DNA of 64,000 nt, taken from a virus. Positions 58,492 to 64,000 of the stretch are shown here, piece after piece. The DNA lies in IMG/VR virus record IMGVR_UViG_3300034096_001618, positions 14,477 to 78,476 of that record. One strand, written 5' to 3'. The position numbers were made by a program, and so were the translations under genes. Numbering within the stretch: position 1 is the stretch's first letter; each line of letters opens with the position of its first letter. The notes beneath the pieces were generated by a model. It ran no database searches, was not told the origin of the DNA, and saw only the letters and a list, made by a program, of their open reading frames with translations.

Positions 58492-59079
58492 ATGATGTCT
58501 TTTAGTCAATTTATCGAAATCAAAGAGGGTTTTGGCCCTTACATAGGACCATGCGTTGACACTGATAATTATCAGGTCCAAGGAGCTTGCAGTCAACTTA
58601 ATTCCGATTCTAAAAATGCGAAGATTAGCAAAGGCGAATACAAGCATAAGAAAAAGAAAAAACGCAATCTTAAGAACGAAGAAGCATTGGCAAATCCAAC
58701 AACAGCCGTTTCTGGGCCAAATTCCCCACTTCTTGTTTCTGGTCCTGTCGCAGATAGAGAAAAATGGAGTGCTAGCAAAAAAGATATCCTAAAATTTTGG
58801 AAAACACTTGAAGCTAATAAGCCAATTACAACAAGTCCAATTAAATATGGCTTCAAGGGATCAACATATAGCGAAGATGGAATCCGTATAACAGGAAGTC
58901 CTGCTTTTATAACAAGTGTAATAAGTCATCTTAAAGATTTCTTGGCTTATGAGAACCCACAAAGTAAGTTAGCTGTTTCGTATCGTGAAACACAATCTCC
59001 CAGCAAGATTGCAACTGGACAAAGCAAAACAAGTTATGTATTTTACATTGCAGTCAAGGACAGAGGCGACAAAAACTAA
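58492..59079 (+). CDS. Putative internal head protein
   Basis: MMSFSQFIEIKE; CATATATA 4 nt upstream. Confidence 0.75.
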   Translation: MMSFSQFIEIKEGFGPYIGPCVDTDNYQVQGACSQLNSDSKNAKISKGEYKHKKKKKRNLKNEEALANPTTAVSGPNSPLLVSGPVADREKWSASKKDILKFWKTLEANKPITTSPIKYGFKGSTYSEDGIRITGSPAFITSVISHLKDFLAYENPQSKLAVSYRETQSPSKIATGQSKTSYVFYIAVKDRGDKN

Positions 59080-59094
59080 GAGGGGAATTCCAAA

Positions 59095-59199
59095 ATGGAA
59101 TTTTTTCTTTGGGGAATTATTACAGGAATCGGATTTTCCTTTATCTATGTCACAGCCTTTGTATACTGGATTCTGAAAGATCATCAAAATCCACAGTAG
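59095..59199 (+). CDS. Small single-pass membrane peptide (34 aa)
   Basis: MEFFLWGIITGIGFSFIYVTAFVYWILKDHQNPQ*; GAGGGG upstream. Confidence 0.55.
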   Translation: MEFFLWGIITGIGFSFIYVTAFVYWILKDHQNPQ

Positions 59200-59223
59200 T
59201 ACTCCGAGGAGTCAATTAAAGCC

Positions 59224-59583
59224 ATGATGGCAATTCTCTGCACTGATGGTCAACTCAAGCTTAAAGAAGTCGAACAAGAATGTGTCAATCAGAAGTGGAT
59301 TCCACTTCTGACATTCAAGTATGAAAAAGATGAATCAATATATCTTCCTATATTCAGCATTGAAGATACTGCCAAAAGCTTCATCAAGCGTAATCTTCCA
59401 AGATCTTGGACCCATGCTGGAATATATTTGTCAGATCATGACTTTCTAGTTATTGAACAAAAAGGCTGGAAACTTGAACATTTCAGCTTTCCTAGAAAAA
59501 TATCAGATCTTCCTGATGTACACTTAAGCTTTGAGATCCATGAGTTTGTAGACAAGCCTGACTACAAAGTCGGTCGCCTTTGA
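59224..59583 (+). CDS. Hypothetical protein
   Basis: GAGGAG SD; LPIFS....A..F motif. Confidence 0.7.
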   Translation: MMAILCTDGQLKLKEVEQECVNQKWIPLLTFKYEKDESIYLPIFSIEDTAKSFIKRNLPRSWTHAGIYLSDHDFLVIEQKGWKLEHFSFPRKISDLPDVHLSFEIHEFVDKPDYKVGRL

Positions 59584-59610
59584 TCTGCCTTTCATTTAGA
59601 CGAGAAAATT

Positions 59611-60702
59611 ATGCAACTCACAGAAGAACAGAAAGATGTGATCAAAGGCATCTTGAAATCATTGGACAATGAACAGATTGTCACAATGGGAGGTCTTGCT
59701 GGAGTAGGTAAATCGACAATTTGCCGAACACTTCTCCAAGCACTTAAGAACAAAGGTCTATCTTTTGCTGTAAGTGCATATACTGGAAAAGCGGCTAATG
59801 TTCTTCGTAAGAAAGGACTTGGTGCCAACACAATCCATAGTATGATTTATCGTCCTGAAACTGACTCAAAAAGCGAAACAACTTGGCATTTGATTCCAAA
59901 ATGGGAAATAGAAGAACAAGTAGATGGTTTTATTATTGATGAAGCCAGCATGGTCAGTAGAGAAATACATCAAGATTTAGTCTCTTTTGGCCTACCAATC
60001 ATATATGTTGGTGATCATGGACAACTTGAACCAATTGGAACAAAATTTAATTTAATGGAAAACCCGATGTATAGACTTGAAACTGTACATCGCAATGCAG
60101 GTGAAATTGCACATTTTGCAGAACATCTCCGCAAAGGTAATTCGGCCAGCACATTTTCTGCATCCCAAAAAGTACAAATAGTAGAAGAGTCATCTATTGA
60201 AGATCGACATTTAGCGGCTGTTGATCAAATAATTGTTGCCTTCAACAAGACTAGAGTCAAACTTAACCAAAGGGTTAGAAAAGAAAAGAAGATAGATTTT
60301 ACATTTATTGCAAAAGGGGAAAAAATAATTTGTTTAAGAAACAGCAGGCAACTTGGTCTTTTCAATGGAATGCAAGGAGTCGTAACTAAAGTTCACAAAA
60401 ATGAAAAATTTGATTTCACTTCTGATGGTTTGAGTTTTCATCAGATTAAATATGATCACGATCAATTTGGGCAAGAATCAAATCAATTTGAATTCAAGCA
60501 GGAAGCTAATCCTTTCGACTATGCTTACGCCATCACATGCCATAAAGCTCAAGGAGATCAGTTCGGCAATGTAATAGTCTATGAGCAAAGATGTGACAAT
60601 TGGGATCATGTAAGATGGTCTTACACTGCCGCTAGCAGAGCTGTAAATGGATTGATTTGGGTGAAATCAGCAGAATTTCACCCCTCTTACCTGTTGTCTT
60701 AA
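59611..60702 (+). CDS. SF1B helicase, Dda/RecD-like
   Basis: GLAGVGKS, TIH, IDEASM, GD..QL.P, YAIT.HKAQG, YTA.SRA. Confidence 0.93.
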   Translation: MQLTEEQKDVIKGILKSLDNEQIVTMGGLAGVGKSTICRTLLQALKNKGLSFAVSAYTGKAANVLRKKGLGANTIHSMIYRPETDSKSETTWHLIPKWEIEEQVDGFIIDEASMVSREIHQDLVSFGLPIIYVGDHGQLEPIGTKFNLMENPMYRLETVHRNAGEIAHFAEHLRKGNSASTFSASQKVQIVEESSIEDRHLAAVDQIIVAFNKTRVKLNQRVRKEKKIDFTFIAKGEKIICLRNSRQLGLFNGMQGVVTKVHKNEKFDFTSDGLSFHQIKYDHDQFGQESNQFEFKQEANPFDYAYAITCHKAQGDQFGNVIVYEQRCDNWDHVRWSYTAASRAVNGLIWVKSAEFHPSYLLS

Positions 60703-60727
60703 AAAGCTCTTATGGTAGCATGATAAA

Positions 60728-61108
60728 GTGCGTGCTAAAATAATTCACATTACTGATCATGCATTAGATCGTTGGAAACAAAGAGTTTCCAACGATCTAA
60801 TGATTAGTGTTTATGCAATTATAGATTCTGTAAAAGAATCTAGAATTGTAAAAAAGACGGAAATAATACCTTTTTCAACACCAAGACACAAAAACACAAT
60901 TTATGCCATAAACCAAGATGTGCTTTTTATATTAGAAGCAATAACAATTGATGAATATAATTTAATTACCGTCATTACCCAATCAACGCCATATGTCCAG
61001 ATAATTAAAAATAAGAAAAAAATTCGCACCCCATTCAAACCTGAATCTAAAAAAAAGAAGGAAAAAAGACCAGCAAGAAACAAGAAAGTCAATATAGATT
61101 TCTATTGA
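60728..61108 (+). CDS. Hypothetical protein (RelE/DUF4258-like fold possible)
   Basis: ITDHALDRW.QR ... LITVIT. Confidence 0.55.
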   Translation: MRAKIIHITDHALDRWKQRVSNDLMISVYAIIDSVKESRIVKKTEIIPFSTPRHKNTIYAINQDVLFILEAITIDEYNLITVITQSTPYVQIIKNKKKIRTPFKPESKKKKEKRPARNKKVNIDFY

Positions 61109-61113
61109 TGAAA

Positions 61114-61992
61114 TTATTCATTTTCTTTTCTGATAGCCTCGAAAATTTGCTGTTTCTGTTCTTCTAAATATTCAATAGCAATAGATCTTGCATTTTCCTT
61201 TGTGTCAAGATCTGACTCTTCCCACAAATCATTAATTAAATCTTGATAAATGTAATTTTTAAAAATATTTTTAACAATCAAAATTTTCAACTGGCCCTTT
61301 TTGGCATAATTTATACTCGCCAAAATATCTCCTACCGCAAACTTTGGAGGACGAACATAAGGAGCAGGCTCCACAGGCGTCAGCATAATTGGTCTTTCAG
61401 ATCGTTCAACATATTGAGAAATAGCAATATTTGCTTCTTCCAAAATAACTAATTCATTTTCATTCCACAAATTACCAAAAAAATCCGAGTAAACCATATT
61501 TTGTAAGTATTTTTTTATTCCAACTTTTTGCAAAACACCCTTTTCAGCTGAAATTAAAGAATAAACTGAATCTCCCGGCTCATATTTATTATCGTTTAGT
61601 TGTTGGATTTTTACTTGGTCTTCTACAATTTGTTTTTTAAAACCTTTTGATTCACGAAATCCCATGCCAATAATATCTTGAGCTTCAGCATAAGTAATAA
61701 TCTCATCCTCTCTATACAAGCTCTTCAATTTATCTTCGTAAAAATTAACATTTTTATAAAATGTTTTTATCGTATTTTTTAAATAAACCCTTTCAATAAC
61801 AATTTTTTCGAGAATTCCAAGTTCAGCTTTACGTTTTATATAAGCAATATCTTTTTGCTTGAAACGAACAACAGAAGAACGATCATATTTATGATAAATA
61901 TACAGTCGCCTAAACTGCTTGGCGCTTCCCAACACCTTTATTTCACCGTCTCCATAGTATGTGTATTGCATCTTTAATAATGTCCTATACAA
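61114..61992 (-). CDS. Hypothetical protein with three internal repeats
   Basis: (F/Y)..(G/K)D....A.KG.L..I.I....Y.D....LW.E.E repeated. Confidence 0.7.
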   Translation of the reverse strand: MYRTLLKMQYTYYGDGEIKVLGSAKQFRRLYIYHKYDRSSVVRFKQKDIAYIKRKAELGILEKIVIERVYLKNTIKTFYKNVNFYEDKLKSLYREDEIITYAEAQDIIGMGFRESKGFKKQIVEDQVKIQQLNDNKYEPGDSVYSLISAEKGVLQKVGIKKYLQNMVYSDFFGNLWNENELVILEEANIAISQYVERSERPIMLTPVEPAPYVRPPKFAVGDILASINYAKKGQLKILIVKNIFKNYIYQDLINDLWEESDLDTKENARSIAIEYLEEQKQQIFEAIRKENE

Positions 61993-62479
61993 TTAAATTA
62001 TTTAATTGAGAATCTATAAGAAAAAGTTTATTTGCATAATATTGATTTCTATCTGAATATAAAAGAGATTCAGCAACAAACATTGTTTCGTTATAATTAG
62101 TTATCTCATATTTTAACTCAGCATCTAAATCCCAGAAAAATCCCAAAACCATATACTCTAAACCATTATCCATATAAACTTTATCTCCAAGACTATAAGG
62201 AATAATTTTTCTAAGTATAGATTCAAAACTTAAAAATGCCTCGCCATTAAGCTCTACACCACCTGTAAATTGAGAATTAAATTCAGCTTCATTTGGCGCA
62301 AAGCCATCAATTTTTACACCATCATTTGTCGTAATTACATAATTTCCTGATACACCAGATATGGTTGCTCCACCAGCAGCAACTACATTCATGAGCTTTT
62401 CAACCATCGCAACACCATCAACCACTACACCATTTGCGGTTGGCTGAAGGTTCTGCATAATCCATTGAATGAGTGGCAT
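61985..62479 (-). CDS. Putative virion protein
   Basis: GG..I.G repeats; AATATATA 4 nt upstream. Confidence 0.6.
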   Translation of the reverse strand: MPLIQWIMQNLQPTANGVVVDGVAMVEKLMNVVAAGGATISGVSGNYVITTNDGVKIDGFAPNEAEFNSQFTGGVELNGEAFLSFESILRKIIPYSLGDKVYMDNGLEYMVLGFFWDLDAELKYEITNYNETMFVAESLLYSDRNQYYANKLFLIDSQLNNLIV

Positions 62480-62531
62480 AATTTATATATTATGTCCACT
62501 CTATTAGAATGATTAATTTCGAGGCGAAACC

Positions 62532-63323
62532 ATGAATTTGATAAAAAAATGTCGTTATGGACTCATGATTTACAATAACAGCGACATATGGGTTGGTCGC
62601 TCTATTGAAAAATATGGTGAGTTTTCTGAATCAGAAGTACAAGTTTTTCAAGACATACTAAAACCCGGTCACGTTGTTCTCAATCTTGGAGCAAATATTG
62701 GATGTCATACTATTGCTTTTTCTAGATTGGTTGGACCAAATGGTGTTGTTTTTTCATATGAGCCAGAAAGAAATAATTTCACAACATTGGCTGGCAATAT
62801 TGCCATAAACAACCTCAGAAACGTCTATGCCTTTCAAAAGGCAGTTGGTTCAACAAGCGGTCTTATTGCAGTGCCAGAAATCAATATAGAAAAGACAGTT
62901 AACTTCGGAGGTCTTTCTCTCATTCATGATTATAGTGGTAGTTCCCATTATCCAGTTCCACTCATCAAACTTGACGAATGTAATTTTATCAAGTGTAATT
63001 TAATTAAAATTGATGTTGAAGGAATGGAAAAACTAGCATTACAAGGATCGCAAGAAACCATTAAGAAAAACAAACCAATTCTTTATGTTGAAAACGACAG
63101 AGAAGAAAAATCTAAAGATTTAATCGAATACATAAAATCATTAGATTATATTGTTTACAAACACCTTGCTCCTCTTTTTAATCCTAACAATTTTTTTGGT
63201 GACAAGGAAAATGTTTTTGTAAATGAAAATAATGCCTTGATAGTGTCAAGCAACCTTTATTGTCACCATAAAAGCATTGATTCTCCAATTAATGTCAAAA
63301 AATTTGCAATGGAGTTAATTTGA
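62532..63323 (+). CDS. FkbM-family methyltransferase
   Basis: YGE.SE.E, LGANIG.H, EP, IKIDVEGME. Confidence 0.92.
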   Translation: MNLIKKCRYGLMIYNNSDIWVGRSIEKYGEFSESEVQVFQDILKPGHVVLNLGANIGCHTIAFSRLVGPNGVVFSYEPERNNFTTLAGNIAINNLRNVYAFQKAVGSTSGLIAVPEINIEKTVNFGGLSLIHDYSGSSHYPVPLIKLDECNFIKCNLIKIDVEGMEKLALQGSQETIKKNKPILYVENDREEKSKDLIEYIKSLDYIVYKHLAPLFNPNNFFGDKENVFVNENNALIVSSNLYCHHKSIDSPINVKKFAMELI

Positions 63324-64000
63324 TTACAGCATTTATTATTTTTTTGACTTTAAGTCAAAATGCGCCTGAAACAACAGGACTTCCTTATGATCGCAATGCC
63401 AAAAACATTGCGACTCTCTTCACCATGACAAATGAAGATGGAAGGCTTGAAAACATCCAAATCATGGAAAGTATTTTCAAAGATGGAAGTCTTGGATTCA
63501 AATCTGAATCACATCATAATAAGTCTTCAAAATACATTTATGAGAGATTGGAATCTGCCGCAAAAGAAGTAGGAACATACGGAACACTTCTTTTTTATGT
63601 AAACAGCCATGGAGGAGGAAGCTGGAAAGATTTTTCAATGACTGCTGCTGGAGGTGATTTCAAATTCAGCAAAGCTCTTCAGGCTATTGCAAAAGGAAAC
63701 AAAGTAAAAAGACTCATTATTTTTATAGACACATGTCATGCAGAAGGAGGAATCCAAGAGGGATTCCAAGAAGGAGGCAAACAGATTTTGAACATAAGAA
63801 CAGGTTTGCAAGAATTACCTTCAATTTATAAGGTTTCTGAACCAGATAAGTTTTTTGACACAGAAATTACAATTAATTATGGACAAGATAGCGGTTCTTA
63901 TTCAGAAGCACTGATACTTGCCTCGACAAATGTTAACACATTATCAACAAGAACTATTTTCCCAACAAAAATGAAAGCAACACTTCAAAAAATAAAAAAT
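63320..64000 (+). CDS. Caspase/metacaspase-family (clan CD) cysteine protease, partial
   Basis: Manual translation: TTG start after GGAG; LLFYVNSHG and LIIFIDTCHA; open to the window end. Confidence 0.8.
   Translation, partial: MITAFIIFLTLSQNAPETTGLPYDRNAKNIATLFTMTNEDGRLENIQIMESIFKDGSLGFKSESHHNKSSKYIYERLESAAKEVGTYGTLLFYVNSHGGGSWKDFSMTAAGGDFKFSKALQAIAKGNKVKRLIIFIDTCHAEGGIQEGFQEGGKQILNIRTGLQELPSIYKVSEPDKFFDTEITINYGQDSGSYSEALILASTNVNTLSTRTIFPTKMKATLQKIKN

Noticed and set aside
1-64000. Alternative genetic code (TAG or TGA recoding)
   Set aside because: Conserved genes are full length in the standard code and end in TAA, TAG or TGA at expected positions

Overview
AT-rich, gene-dense 64 kb segment of a large (jumbo-type) T4-like myovirus in the standard genetic code; no rRNA, intact tRNA, CRISPR array or intact mobile element is visible. 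It holds a tail/neck module (gp13-, gp14-, gp15-like proteins, sheath, two tube paralogs, gp26-like hub chaperone), a truncated gp55-like late sigma factor, recombination and nucleotide genes (gp46/gp47, resolvase, Dda/RecD-like helicase, nrdAB, pyrG), many dispersed glycosylation enzymes, a MoxR/vWA pair and several proteases. The host may be a planctomycete (weak inference from recalled family distributions). Main findings beyond the ORF track: (1) about 14 scattered genes share a T4 internal-protein-like capsid-targeting N-terminus and late-promoter-like boxes, suggesting a large head-packaged/ejected cargo set; (2) a probable -1 programmed frameshift fusing the gp26-like gene to a start-less downstream ORF; (3) a class II glutamine amidotransferase that can only start at ATT; (4) a co-promoted DUF6745-like / RQGD-GEVTGH / Sm-like / Trp-Ser-Cys peptide module with a repeat-containing leader; (5) a caspase-family protease with a hydrophobic N-terminus at the right edge; (6) a decayed tRNA-Lys. 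All family assignments come from motif recognition by eye; no searches were run.
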